From: Squalus acanthias
Lineage: Eukaryota
NCBI GenBank assembly: GCA_030390025.1
Contig: CM059432.1
Span: 146,446,001-146,510,000 of the forward strand
Reading direction: 5' to 3'
Length of the DNA stretch: 64,000 bases
The position numbers were made by a program, and so were the translations under genes. Positions 23,284-37,700 of this stretch are shown piece by piece. The notes under the pieces were generated by a model. That model had not been told where the DNA came from, did not search any database, and was given only the letters and a program-made list of their open reading frames with translations. Numbering within the stretch: the stretch's first letter is position 1; each line of letters starts with the position of its first letter.

Positions 23284-26200
23284 AGCCGAGGGGGAGAGGA
23301 CCTAGCCGGGAACCAGAGCAGAGGCCAGTAAATAAAGAGCGCGATCGGAGAGGGGCCTGAACTCACTGCAAGAAGCCGAGCAGGAGCGGACCGAGCCGGG
23401 AACCGGAGCAGAGAGGAAAAAAATCCAGGAGTCCAAAAAAACAAGATGTGACATCACAGGACAGCAGGTAGGTGATTGGTTGGTGAGTATTAAGGGTTCT
23501 TTTTCTCTCTAACCTCGGAGAGTGGTTTAAACTAGGAGCGAGAAACTATAACATACTGCATTAAATTTATAGCTTAACTAGTTAAACTAATTAATATAAC
23601 TACAAATAATCGTTGATTAAAGACTTTAGCTAATTAAATAAATAAAATAAGTCTAGACTTATTTGGGAGGAGGCAGCGGAGCTGGGCGAGACCAGAGCAG
23701 GAGCAGAGCGAGAGAGGCAGCAACTCAACAGAGGCAGAATCCGAAAGGGTGACGTCAAAATAGAAAAAGTGACATCAGCACAAGGAAAGGAGCTGATTGG
23801 TGAGTAGCTGGTGAGTGTTTTTTGTTAAGTTTTAAGTTTACTTCTGATAAGTTAGTTCTTAGTCTATTAAATACAGGTATGGCAGGGCAGCTCAGTCCCG
23901 GGGAGTGCACATCCTGTGCCATGTGGGAAGTCCTGGACGCTTCGCATAGCCTGGACGACCACATGTGCGGGAAGTGTCGCCAGCTACAGCAACTCGAGCT
24001 CCGGGTTTTGGAGCTTGAGCGGCGGCTGGAGTCACTGGGGTGCATCCGCGAGGCTGAGAGTTACGTGGATAGCACGTTTCTAGAGGTGGTCACCCTGCAG
24101 CTTAAGAGTGTGCAGGCAGAGAGGGAATGGGTGACCGCCAGATAGAAGAGGAGGACGAGGCAGGTAGTGCAGGAGTCCCCGGAGTGAATCGCGCTCTCCA
24201 ACCAATATTCTGTTCTGAGTACTGGTGAGGGTGATGGTTCCTCTGGGGAGAGCAGCCAGAGTCAAGTCAACGGCACCACGGGTGGCTCAGCTGCACAGGG
24301 GGGGGGGGGGGGGGGGGGGGAAGAAAAAGAGTGGAAGAGCAATAGTGATAGGGGATTCGATAGTTAGGGGAGCAGACAGGCATTTCTGCGGCTGTAGATG
24401 TGACTCCAGGATGGTATGTTGCCTCTCTGGTGCCAGGGTCAAGGATATCACTGAGCGGCTGCAGGACAATCTGAGGGGGGAGGGTGAACAGCCAGAGGTC
24501 GTTGTCCATATCGGTACCAACGTCATAGGCAGAAAGAGGGATGAGGTCCTGCAGGCAGAGTTTAGGGAGGTAGGAGAGAGATTAAAAAGCAGGACCTCAA
24601 AGTTAGTAACCTCCGGATTACTCCTGGTGCCACGTGCTAGTGAGTACAGGAATAGGAGGATAGAACAGATGAATGCGTGGCTGGAGAGATGGTGCAGGAG
24701 TGAGGGCTTTAGATTCCCAAGGCATTGGGATCATTTCTGGGTAAGGTGGGACCTGTACAAGCCGGACGGGTTACACCTCAACAGAGCCGGGACCAATATT
24801 CTCGCGGGGAGGTTTGCTAGTGCTGTTGGGGAGGGTTTAAACTAGCTTGACAGGGGGATGGGCACCAGCATATAGGACTAGAAAAGAGGAATAAGGTGCA
24901 TGAAAGAGTGATTGTGTTGGATAGTACTAGAGAAGATAGTACTAGAGGCGGTAGTAGTACCATATTAGATAGGAGCAGACTAAGAAAGACTACAAAAAAT
25001 TCAAAAATGGGTTTAGAATGCATGTATGTAAACGCACAAAGTGTGGTGAATAAGGTTGGTGAGCTACAAGCACAATTAGCTGTGTGGCAATATGATGTTG
25101 TGGCAATAACGGAAATGTGGCTTAAAAATGGTGAGGACTGGGCACTTAATATTCAAGGGTACAAGGTGTTCAGAAAGATAGGGAAGGAAAAAAGGGAGAT
25201 GGATGGCAGTGCTGATTAAGGAAAACATTGTAGTGTTGGAAAGGGAGGATGTTCTTGAGGGGACAAGGACAGAATCCATTTGGTTAGAGTTGAGGAAAAA
25301 GAAGGGTATGATCACGCTATTGGGGGTATTCTAAAGGCCTCCAAATAGTGAGAGGGAGGTAGAGGAGCAAATATGCAGGGAAATCGCAGAGATATGCAAG
25401 AGCTATAGAGTGGTGATATTGGGGGACTTTAATTACCCAAATATCGATTGGGATAATGCTAGGGTAAAGGGAAAGGAAGGGGAGGAATTTCTGAAATGTG
25501 TTCAGGAGAATTTCCTTGACCAATATGTTCTTGGGCCAACTAGGAAGGAGGCATTGCTGGATCTGGTGCTGGGGAATGAGGTGGGCCAGGTCGACCAAGT
25601 GTCTGTGGAAGAACACTTGGGTACGAGTGATCATTGGATCATAAGATTAAGATTAGCAATGAAGAGGAGCAAGGAACAATCTAGAGTGGAACTTCTAAAC
25701 TGGAATAGGGCTAACTTCAATGGGATGTGAAAGGATCTAGCCAGGGTAAAATGGAACCAAAGACTGACAGGAAAAACTGTAATGGAACAATGGGTGATCT
25801 CTAAGGAGGAGATGTTCCAAGTACAGGCTAGGTACATTCCAACAAGAGGGAAGGGTAAGGGAACCAAAGCAAGGGCTCCTTGGATGACGAGGGAATAGAG
25901 AAGATGATGAAACAAAAAAAGAGGGTGTTTGATGCATGTCAGGTGAATTCTTCAAGGGAGAACCAGACCAAATACAATAAGTTGAAAGGGGATGTGAAGA
26001 TGAAAATAAGATTGGCAAAGAGAGAATATGAGAGTAGAATGGTGGTTAACATAAAAGGGAACCCAAAAATCTTCAACCGCATGTAAACAGTAAGCAGGTA
26101 GTAAGAGGCGGGGTGGGGTCATATATGCTTAGAGGCACAAGCCAAGGCTAGAATACTCAATGAGCACTTTGTATCGGTGTTTACTAAGGAGATGGATGCT

Positions 26201-27865
26201 GACAAAATATCGGTAGAAGTGGAAAAGGTAGAAGAAATGGAAGGGGTGAAAATTGATAAGACAGGATGTACTAGAAAGGCTGGGTATGCTTAGAGTGGAC
26301 AACTCGCCTGGTCCAGATGGCTTGCATCCCAGGTTGCTAAGGGAATTGCGGGAGGAGACATTGGAAGGGCTTGCCATAATTTTCCAATATTCCCTAGACG
26401 CGGGGAAGGTGCCTGAGGATTGGAAAGTGGCAAATGTGACACCATTATTCAAGAAAGGGTGTAAGGACAATCCTAGTAACTACAGGCTGGTCAGTTTAAC
26501 ATCAGTGGTGGGTAAAGTTTTAGAAACAATAATCAAGGAAAAAATTTATTGGGTACTTGGAGAGGTTTAAGCTAATTAAGGAGAACCAACATGGATTTGT
26601 AAAAGGCAGATCGTGTTTGACTAATCTAATTAATTTTTTTGATGAAGTAACAGAGAGGATTGATGAAGGGAATGCAATGGATGTTCTCTACATGGATTTT
26701 AGGAAGGCGTTTGACAAAGTACCACATAGAAGGCTGGTTAACAAAATTGAGGCTCATGGAATAGATGGATCAGTGGCAGCTTGGATAAGGAATTGACTTA
26801 AGGACAGAAAACAGCGATTTGTGGTAAATGGCTGTTTTTCCAGACAGGAGGATGGTAGACAGCGGTGTTCCCCAAGGGTCAGTTCTGGGGCCACTGCTTT
26901 TTTGATACATATAAATGACCTGGATATTGGAATACAGAGTAGAATTTCTAAATTTTCCGATGACACCAAACTTGAGGGTGTGGCAAACAGTGAGGATGAT
27001 ACCAATCGACTGCAACAGGACATAGAAAGGCTAGCAGAATGGGCAGACAAGTGGCAGATGGAATTTAACACAGAGAAGTGTGAGGTGATACACTTAGACA
27101 GAAGGAACAGGGAGAGGCAATATACACTTAATGGCACAGTTTGAAAGAGTGTGTAGGGACAGATGGACCTGGGAGTTAATGTGCATTGGTCCCTGAAGGT
27201 GGCAGGACATATTGAGAGAGTGGTTAGCAAAGCATATGAAATCTTGGAATTCATAAATAGAGGTATTGAGTACAAAAGTAGAGACGCTATGCTGAAACTT
27301 TATAAAGCGCTGGTTAGGCCACAACTGGAGTATTGTGTCCAGTTCTGGTCACCACACTTTAGGAAGGATATGAAGGCCCTTGAGAGGGTGCAGAGGAGAT
27401 TTACCAGAATGGTTCCGGGGATGGGGGATCTTAGCTACAAGGACAGGTTGGAGAAGATGGATTTGTTTTCATTAGAGCAAAGGAGGTTGAGGGGTGATTT
27501 GATAGAGGTGTACAAGATTATGACGGGTTTGGACAGGCTAGATGGGGAAAGGCTGTTCCCACTAGTTGATGGTACAAGGACTAGGGGACACAGATTTAAG
27601 GTTTTGAGCAAGAGATACAGGGGGGATGTGTGGAAAAACTTTTTTACGCAGCGAGTGGTGAGGACCTGGAATTCACTGCTGATGGAAGTGGTGGAAGCGG
27701 AGACACGCAATGTTTTCAAGGGGAGACTGGTTAGGCACTTGAGGGAAATAAACTTGCAGGGCTACGGGGATAGAGCGAGGAATGGGACTGACTGTATTGC
27801 TCCACAGAGAGACGGCACGGACTCGATGGGCTGAATGGCCTCCTTCTGTGGCATTATGACTCTAT
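23284..27865 (+). mobile_element. Near full-length decayed CR1 LINE
   Basis: 5' UTR; ORF1 from ATG 23879 (CxxC..CxxC, coiled coil, SGNH esterase GDSIVRG..HIGTN..DGLHLN); ORF2 APE (YVNAQS, GDFN, SDH) and RT (YMDFRKAFDKV, FSDD); many stops. Confidence 0.95.
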
Positions 27866-28759
27866 GGGGGAAAAATTCAGTTGGTTTGCGCCTCCCGTTA
27901 GCGCCGTAAGAGGGCGCTAATGGAGTGCAGAGCAACTAGCGCCCAGGCGTGGTGATGTTTGCGCCGCTCACGAAATTAACTAGACATTTTGCGGTGGCGC
28001 TAAACACTACCACCACGATCTCCTGCGCCGGCAGATCATGACGTCATTTGAGTGCGCAACGCCCCGGTAGCACCCCGGAGTGGATATTGAGTGGCGCCCC
28101 CTGCCTTACCGCCTGCCGCTAGCAACGACAGATTGAGGGGAACGTTTTGCAGTCAGGAAGGGACTGGGGGAGTGCTATTTAAAGGCGACTACTTCCTGCC
28201 TTATTTTGTTGGTGACATTTTTGCACCACGCATTCTGAGAGAGAGAGAGAGAGACTTCTGGAGAGATTCAACGCTGCGTGAAGGAGTTTTGGGTACTGAG
28301 CAGCACTTTGCAGGTTCATTTTTATTTGCCCTTCCTTGTATCGATTTAGAAGAGACTGTGGGGGCTGCACTCTGAGCTCTTTCCCTGGTACTCTCCATTG
28401 TTCTTTCCAGCAGATTTGATGTACAGGTCTCTCCAGGCCGAGATTCAAGGCTGCAATGAGCAGGATGTGGATGGAGAGCAAGATCAACCCTCCCCTTTAA
28501 GAAGTGGCCGGTGCCATTGTGTCTCTGTTCCATTGCTGACTGACATCACATGAGCTTCGCCAGCGCTCTGAGGTAGCACCTCGCTCCTTGGCCTTTGCGC
28601 CTTAAGACAGGTTTGAAGTGCCTGATTTAGCACTCCAATCACCTCCAGGGTTGATAAAAGCCAAGTTTGCAGTCGGAGGCGATAATTAGCGCCAGGCGCT
28701 AAACTTTGCGCCCGGCCGATAATCGCGCCTCAAATGGGGCGATACTGAATTTTTCCCCC
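27866..28759. mobile_element. Harbinger-type non-autonomous element (M1-related) in the CR1 tail
   Basis: Perfect 16-bp TIR GGGGGAAAAATTCAGT; TSD TAT/AAT; inverted sister copy at 47804. Confidence 0.9.
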
Positions 28760-28775
28760 AATGACTCCATGACTT

Positions 28776-31700
28776 GCCTGTTGCACTCTGCGTTGTCCTC
28801 ACCTGTTGCACTCTGCATTGTACTCACCTGTTGCACTCTGCGTTGTATTCCCGTTGCACTCTATTGTACTCACCTGTTGCACTCTGCATTGTACTCACAA
28901 GTTGCACACTGCATTGTACTCATCTGTTGCACTCTGCATTGTAATCACCTGTTGCACTCTGCATTGTAATCACCTGTTGCACACTGCATTGTAATCACCC
29001 GTTGCACTCTGCGTTGTCGTCACCTGTTCCGCTCTGCGTTGTACTCATCTGTTGCACTCTGTGTTGTACTTCCCTGTTGCACTCTGCTTTGTACTTACCT
29101 GTTGCACTCTGTGTTGTATTCCCTGTTGCACTCTCCGTTGTATTCCCTGTTGCTCTCTGCATTGTTCTCACCTGTTGCACTCTGTGTTGTACTCACCTGT
29201 TGCATTCTGCATTGTACTCACCTGTTGCACTCTCCATTGTATTCCCTGTTGCACTCTGCATTGTAATCACCTGTTGCAGTCTGCGTTATACTCACCTGTT
29301 GCACTCTGCGTTGTATTCCCTGTTGCACTCTGATTTGTACTCACCTGTTGCACTCTGCATTCTACTCACCTGTTGCACCCTGTGTTGTACTCACCTGTTG
29401 CACTTTTTTTGTACTCACCTTTTACATTCTGCGTTGGATTCCCTGTTGCACTCTGCATTTTATTCCCTGTTGCACTCTGCATTTTATTCCCTGTTGCATT
29501 CTGCTTTGTATTCCCTGTTGCACTCTGCATTTTATTCCCTGTTGCACTCTGCTTTTTACTTACCTGTTGCAGTCTGTTTGTATTCCCTGTTGCACTCTGC
29601 ATTGTACTCACCTGTTGCTCTCTTCATTGTAATCACCTGTTGCTCTCTTCATTGTAATCACCTGTTGCACTCTGCATTGTACTCACCTGTTGCTCTCTTC
29701 CTTGTAATCACCTGTTGCACTCTGCATTGTACTCACCTGTTATGCTCTTTCCTGTAATCACCTGTTGCACTCTGCATTTTACTCACCTGTTGCATTCTGC
29801 ATTGTACTCACCTGTTGCACTTTTGTTGTACTCACCTTTTACACTCTGTGTTGGATTCCCTGTTGCACTCTGCATTGTATTCCCTGTTACACTCTGCTTT
29901 GTATTCCCTGTTGCACTCTGCATTGTACTCACCTGTTGCACTCTGCGTTGTACTCACCTGTTGCACTCTGCATTGTACTCACCTGTTGCACTCTGCATTG
30001 TACTCACCTGTTGCACTCTGCGTTATACTCACCTGTTGCACTCAGCATTTTATTCCCTGTTGCACTCTGCTTTCTACTTACCTGTTACACTGTGCATTGT
30101 ACTCACCTGTTGCACTCTGCGTTATACTCACCTGTTGCACTCTGCGTTGTACTCACCTGTTGCACTCTTCATTGTACTCACCTGTTGCACTCTGCTTTGT
30201 ACTCACCTGTTGCACTCTGTGTTGTACTCACCTGTTGCACTCTTCATTGTACTCACCTGTTGCACTCTGCTTTGTACTCACCTGTTGCACTCTGCGTTGT
30301 ACTCACCTGTTGCATTCTGATTTGTTCTCACCTGTTGCATTCCGCATTGTACTCACCTGTTGCACTCTGCGTTGTACTCACCTGTTGCAGTCTGCGTTGT
30401 ATTCCCCGTTGCATTCTGATGTACTCACGTGTTGCATTCCGCATTGTACTCACCTGTTGCACTCTGTGTTGTATTCCCTGTTGCACTCTGCTTTGTACTC
30501 TCCTGTTGCACGCTGCTTAGTACCCACCTGTTGCACTCTGCGATGTACTCACCTGTTGCACCCTGTGTTGTACTTCCCTGTTGCACTCTGCATTTTATTC
30601 CCTGTTGCACTCTGCTTTGTATTCCCTGTTGCACTCTGCATTGTACTCACCTGTTGCACTCTTCCCTGTAATCACCTGTTGCACTCTGCATTGTACTCAC
30701 GTGTTGCACTCTGCGTTATACTCACCTGTTGCACTCTGCGTTATACTCACCTGTTGCACTCTGCATTTTATTCCCTGTTGCACTCTGCATTGTAATCACC
30801 TGTTGCATTTGCATTGTACTTACCTGTTGCACTCTGCATTTTATTCCCTGTTGCAGTCTGCTTTGTACTCACCTCTTGCACTCAGTGTTGTATTCCCTGT
30901 TGCACTCTGCATCATACTCACCTGTTACACTCTGCATTGTACTCACCTGTTGAACTCTGCTTTGTAATCACCTGTTGCACTCTGCTTTGTAATCACCTGT
31001 TGCACTCTGCTTTCTACTTACCTGTTGCACTCTGCATTGTACTCACCTGTTGCACTCTGCGTTATACTCACCTGTTGCACTCTGCATTTTATTCCCTGTT
31101 GCACTCTGCATTGTAATCACCTGTTGCATTTGCATTGTACTTACCTGTTGCACTCTGCATTTTATTCCCTGTTGCAGTCTGCTTTGTACTCACCTCTTGC
31201 ACTCAGTGTTGTATTCCCTGTTGCACTCTGCGTCATACTCACCTGTTACACTCTGCATTGTACTCACCAGTTGCACTCTGCTTTGTAATCACCTGTTGCC
31301 CTCTGCGTTGAACTTACCTGTTCCACTCTGCATTGTATTCCCTGTTGCACTCTGCATTGTATTCCCTGTTCCACTCTGCATTGTATTCCCTGTTGCACTC
31401 TGCATTGTACTCACCTGTTGCACTCTGCGTTGTACTTCCCTGTTGCACTCTGCATTGTACCCACCTGTTGCACTCTGATTTGTACTCACCTGTTGCACTC
31501 TGCAATGTACCCACCTGTTGCACTCTGATTTGTACTCACCTGTTGCACTCTGCAATGTACCCACCTGTTGCATTCTGCATTGAACTCACCTGTTGCACCC
31601 TGTGTTGTACTCACCTGTTGCACTTTTGTTGTACTCACCTTTTACACTCTGCGTTGGATTCCCTGTTGCACTCTGCATTGTATTCCCTGTTGCAGTCTGC

Positions 31701-34700
31701 TTTGTACTTACCTGTTGCACTCTTCCTTGTAATCACCTGTTGCACTCTGCTTTGTACTCACCTGTTGCATTCCGCATTGTACTCACCTGTTGCTCTCTGC
31801 ATTGTACTCACCTGTTGCACTCTGTGTTGTACTCACCTGTTGCATTCCGCATTGTACTCACCTGTTGCAGTCTGCGTTGTATTCCCTGTTGCACGCTGCT
31901 TTGTACCCACCTGTTGCACTCTGCATTGTACTCACCTGTTGCACTCTGTGTTGTATTCCCTGTTGCACTCTGCATTGTATTCCCCGTTGCATTCTGATGT
32001 GCTCACGTGTTGCATTCCGCATTGTACTCACCTGTTGCACTCTGCGTTGTATTCCCTGTTGCACTCTGCTTTGTACTAACCTGTTGCACGCTGCTTTGTA
32101 CTCACCTGTTGCACACTGCATTGTATTCCCTGTTGCACTCTGCTTTGTACCCACCTGTTGCACTCTGCATTTTATTCCCTGTTGCACTCTGCTTTGTAAT
32201 CACCTGTTGCAGTCTGCATTGTACTCACCTGTTGCACTCTGTGTTGTATTCCCTGTTGCACTCTGCATTGTACTCTCCTGTTGCACTCTGCGTTGTACTC
32301 ACCTGTTGCACTCTGCGATGTACTCACCTGTTGCACTCTGCATTGTACTCACCTGTTGCACACTGCATTGTATTCCCTGTTGCACTCTGCTTTGTACCCA
32401 CCTGTTGCACTCTGCATTTTATTCCCTGTTGCACTCTGCTTTGTAATCACCTGTTGCAGTCTTCATTATACTCACCTGTTGTATTCCCTGTTGCACTCTT
32501 CTCTGTACTTACCTGTTGCACTCTTCCTTGTAATCACCTGTTGCACTCTGCTTTGTACTCACCTGTTGCATTCCACATTGTACTCACCTGTTGCTCTCTG
32601 CATTGTACTCACCTGTTGCTCTCTGCATTGTACTTCCCTGTTGCACTCTGCATTGTACTTACCTGTTGCACTCTGCATTGTACTCACCTGTTGCACTCTG
32701 TGTTATACTCACCTGTTGCACTCAGCATTTTATTCCCTGTTGCACTCTGCTTTGGATTCCCTGTTGCACTCTGCATTGTACTCACCTGTTGCACTCTTCC
32801 CTGTAATCACCTGTTACACTCTGCATTGTACTTTCCTGTTGCACTCTGCATTGTACTCACCTGTTGCACTCTGCGTTGTACTCACCTGTTGTACTCTTCA
32901 TTGTACTCACCTGTTGCACACTGCATTGTACTCACCTGTTGCACTCTGCGTTGTATTCCCTGTTGCACTCTGCATTGTACTCACCTGTTGCACTTGCATT
33001 GTACTCACCTGTTGCACTCTGCTTTGGATTCCCTGTTGCACTCTGCATTGTAATCACCTGTTGCACTCTGCATTGTAATCACCTGTTGCACTCTGCATTG
33101 TACTCACCTGTTGCACTCTGCATTGTACTCACCTGTTGCACTCTGTGTCGTACTCACCTGTTGCACTCTGCGATGTACTCACCTGTTGCACTCTGTGTCG
33201 TACTCACCTGTTGCACTCTGCGTTGTACTCACCTGTTGCACTCTGCGTTGTACTCACCTGTTGCACTCTGCGATGTACTCACCTGTTGCAATCTGCGTTG
33301 TACTCACCTGTTGCACCCTGTGTTGTACTCACCTGTTGCACTTTTGTTGTACTCACCTTTTACACCCTGCGTTGGATTCCCTGTTGCACTCTGCTTTATA
33401 CTTCCCTGTTGCACTCTGCTTTGTATTCCCTGTTGCACTCTGCATTGTACTCACCTGTTGCACTTGCATTGTACTCACCTGTTGCATTCCGCATTGTACT
33501 CCCCTGTTGTATTCTGCATTGTACTCGACTGTTGCACTCTGCATTGTACTCACCTGTTGCACTCTGTGTTATACTCACCTGTTGCACTCTGCGTTGTATT
33601 CCCCGTTGCATTCTGATGTACTCACCTGTTGCATTCCGCATTGTACTCACCTATTGCACTCTGCGTTGAACTCACCTGTTGCACTCTGATTTGTACCCAA
33701 CTGTTGCACTTTTGTTGTACTCACCTTTTACACTCTGCGTTGGATTCCCTGTTGCAGTCTGCGTTGTATTCCCTGTTGCACTCTGCTTTGTTCTCACCTG
33801 TTCCATTCCGCATTGTACTCACCTGTTGCACTATGTGTTGTACTCACATGTTGCACTCTGCATTGTAATCACCTGTTGCACTCTGCTTTGTACTCACCTG
33901 TTGCATTCCGCATTGTACTCACCTGTTGCTCTCTGCATTGTACTCACCTGTTGCTCTCTGCATTGTACTTCCCTGTTGCACTCTGCATTGTACTCACCTG
34001 TTGCACTGTGCATTGTACTCACCTGTTGCACTCTGCGTTATACTCACCTGTTGCACTCAGCATTTTATTCCCTGTTGCACTCTGCTTTGGATTCCCCGTT
34101 GCACTCTGCATTGTACTCACCTGTTGCACTCTTCCCTGTAATCACCTGTTACACTCTGCATTGTACTCACCTGTTGCACTCTGCGTTGTACTCACCTGTT
34201 GCACTCTTCATTGTACTCACCTGTTGCACTCTGCGTTGTATTCCCTGTTGCACTCTGCATTGTACTCACCTGTTGCACTTGCATTGTACTCACCTGTTGC
34301 ACTCTGCTTTGGATTCCCTGTTGCACTCTCCATTGTATTCCCTGTTGCACTCTGCATTGTAATCACCTGTTGCACTCTGCATTGTACTCACCTGTTGCAC
34401 TCTGCATTGTACTCACCTGTTGCACTCTGCATTGTACTCACCTGTTGCACTCTGTGTCGTACTCACCTGTTGCACTCTGCGATGTACTCACCTGTTGCAC
34501 TCTGTGTCGTACTCACCTGTTGCACTCTGCGTTGTACTCACCTGTTGCACTCTGCGTTGTACTCACCTGTTGCACTCTGCGATGTACTCACCTGTTGCAA
34601 TCTGCATTGTACTCACCTGTTGCACCCTGTGTTGTACTCACCTGTTGCACTTTTGTTGTACTCACCTTTTACACCCTGCGTTGGATTCCCTGTTGCACTC

Positions 34701-37700
34701 TGCTTTATACTTCCCTGTTGCACTCTGCTTTGTATTCACCTGTTGCACTCTGCTTTGTATTCCCTGTTGCACTCTGCATTGTACTCACCTGTTGCACTTG
34801 CATTGTACTCACCTGTTGCATTCCGCATTGTACTCCCCTGTTGTATTCTGCATTGTACTCGACTGTTGCACTCTGCATTGTACTCACCTGTTGCACTCTG
34901 CGTTATACTCACCTGTTGCACTCTGCGTTGTATTCGCCGTTGCATTCTGATGTACTCACCTGTTGCATTCCGCATTGTACTCACCTATTGCACTCTGCGT
35001 TGAACTCACCTGTTGCACTCTGATTTGTACCCACCTGTTGCACTTTTGTTGTACTCACCTTTTACACTCTGCGTTGGATTCCCTGTTGCAGTCTGCGTTG
35101 TATTCCCTGTTGCACTCTGCTTTGTTCTCACCTGTTCCATTCCGCATTGTACTCACCTGTTGCACTCTGTGTTGTACTCACATGTTGCACTCTGCATTGT
35201 AATCACCTGTTGCAGTCTGCTTTGTACTTCCCTGTTGCACTCTGCATTGTAATCACCTGTTGCAGTCTTCCTTATACTCACCTGTTGTATTCCCTGTTGC
35301 ACTCTCCATTGTATTCCCTGTTGCACTCTTCTCTGTACTTCCCTGTTGCACTCTGCTTTGAACTCACCTGTTGCACTCTGCATTGTACTTCCCTGTTGCA
35401 CTCTGCATTGTACTCGCCTGTTGCACTCTGCATTGTACTCACCTGTTGCACTCTGCATTGTACTCACCTGTTGCACTCTGCATTGTACTCGCCTGTTGCA
35501 CTCTGCATTATACTCACCTGTTGCACTCTGCATTGTACTCACCTGTTGAACTCAGTGTTAACTCACCTGTTGCACTCTGCATTGTACTCACCTGTTGCAT
35601 TCTGATTTGTTCTCACCTGTTGCATTCCGCATTGTACTCACCTGTTGCACTCTGCGTTGTACTCACCTGTTGCACTCTGCGTTGTATTCCCTGTTGCACT
35701 CTGCTTTGTATTCCCTGTTGCACTCTGCTTTATACTCACCTTGTGCACTCTGCATTGTACTCACCTGTTGCATTCTGATGTACTCACGTGTTGCATTCCG
35801 CATTGTACTCACCTGTTGCACTCTGTGTTGTATTCCCTGTTGCACTCTGCGTTGAAACCCCTGTTGCACACTACTTTGTACTCTCCTGTTGCACGCTGCT
35901 TTGTACTCACCTGTTGCACTCTGCATTGTACTCACCTTTTACACTCTGCGTTGGATTCCCTGTTGCACTCTGCATTGTACTCACCTGTTGCACTCTGCGT
36001 TATACTCACCTGTTGCACTCAGCATTTTATTCCCTGTTGCACTCTGCTTTGGATTCCCTGCTGCACTTTGCATTGTACTCACCTGTTGCACTCTTCCCTG
36101 TACTCACCTGTTGCACTCTTCCCTGTAATCACCTGTTACACTCTGCATTGTACTTACCTGTTGCACTCTGCATTGTACTCACCTGTTGCACTCTGCGTTG
36201 TACTCACCTGTTGCACTCTTCATTGTACTCACCTGTTGCACTCTGATTTGTACTCACCTGTTGCACTTGCATTGTACTCACCTGTTGCATTCTGATTTGT
36301 TCTCATCTGTTGCATTCCGCATTGTACTCACCTGTTGCACTCTGCGTTGTACTCACCTGTTGCACTCTGCGTTGTACTCACCTGTTGCAATCTGCATTGT
36401 ACTCACCTGTTGCACTCTGTGTCGTACTCACCTGTTGCACTCTGCATTGTACTCACCTGTTGCACTCTGTGTCGTACTCACCTGTTGCACTCTGCGTTGT
36501 ACTCACCTGTTGCACTCTGCGTTGTACTCACCTGTTGCACTCTGCGATGTACTCACCTGTTGCAATCTGCGTTTTACTCACCTGTTGCACCCTGTGTTGT
36601 ACTCACCTGTTGCACTTTTGTTGTACTCACCTTTTACACTCTGCGTTGGATTCCCTGTTGCACTCTGTTTTATACTTCCCTGTTGCACTCTGCTTTGTAT
36701 TCACCTGTTGCACTCTTCTTTGTATTCCCTGTTGCACTCTGCATTGTACTCACCTGTTGCATTCCGCATTGTACTCCCCTGTTGTATTCTGCATTGTACT
36801 CGACTGTTGCACTCTGCATTGTACTCACCTGTTGCACTCTGCGTTATACTCACCTGTTGCACTCTGCGTTGTACCCACCTGTTGCACTTTTGTTGTACTC
36901 ACCTTTTACACTCTGTGTTGGATTCCCTGTTGCAGTCTGCGTTGTATTCCCTGTTGCACTCTGCTTTGTTCTCACCTGTTCCATTCCGCATTGTACTCAC
37001 CTGTTGCACTCTGTGTTGTACTCACATGTTGCACTCTGCATTGTAATCACCTGTTGCAGTCTGCTTTGTACTTCCCTGTTGCACTCTGCGTTGTATTCCC
37101 CGTTGCATTCTGATGTACTCACCTGTTGCATTCCGCATTGTACTCACCTGTTGCACTCTGCGTTGTACTCACCTGTTGCACTCTGCAATGTACTCACCTG
37201 TTGCACTCTGCATTGTACTCACCTGTTGCACTCTGTGTAGTATTCCCTGTTGCACTCTGCAATGTACTCACCTGTTGCAGTCTGCATTGTACCCACCTGT
37301 TGCACTCTGTGTTGTACTCACCTGTTGCACTCTGCAATGTACTCACCTGTTGCACTCTGCATTGTACTCACCTGTTGCACCCTGTGTTGTACTCACCTTT
37401 TGCACTTTTGTTGTACTCACCTTTTACACTCTGCGTTGGATTCCCTGTTGCACTCTGATTTGGATTCCCTGTTGCACTCTGCATTGTACTCACCTGTTGC
37501 ACTCTGCATTGTACTCACCTGTTGCACTCTGCATTGTACTCACCTGTTACACTCTGCATTATACTCACCTGTTGCACTCTGCATTTTATTCCCTGTTGCA
37601 CTCTGCATTGTAATCACCTGTTGCACTTGCATTTTACTCACCTGTTGCGCTCTTCATTGTAATCACCTGTTGCACTCTTCATTGTAATCACCTGTTGCAC

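Noticed and set aside
24298..24320. 23-nt poly-G as a functional G-quadruplex
   Set aside because: Homopolymer expansion or sequencing artefact in a dead CR1 ORF1
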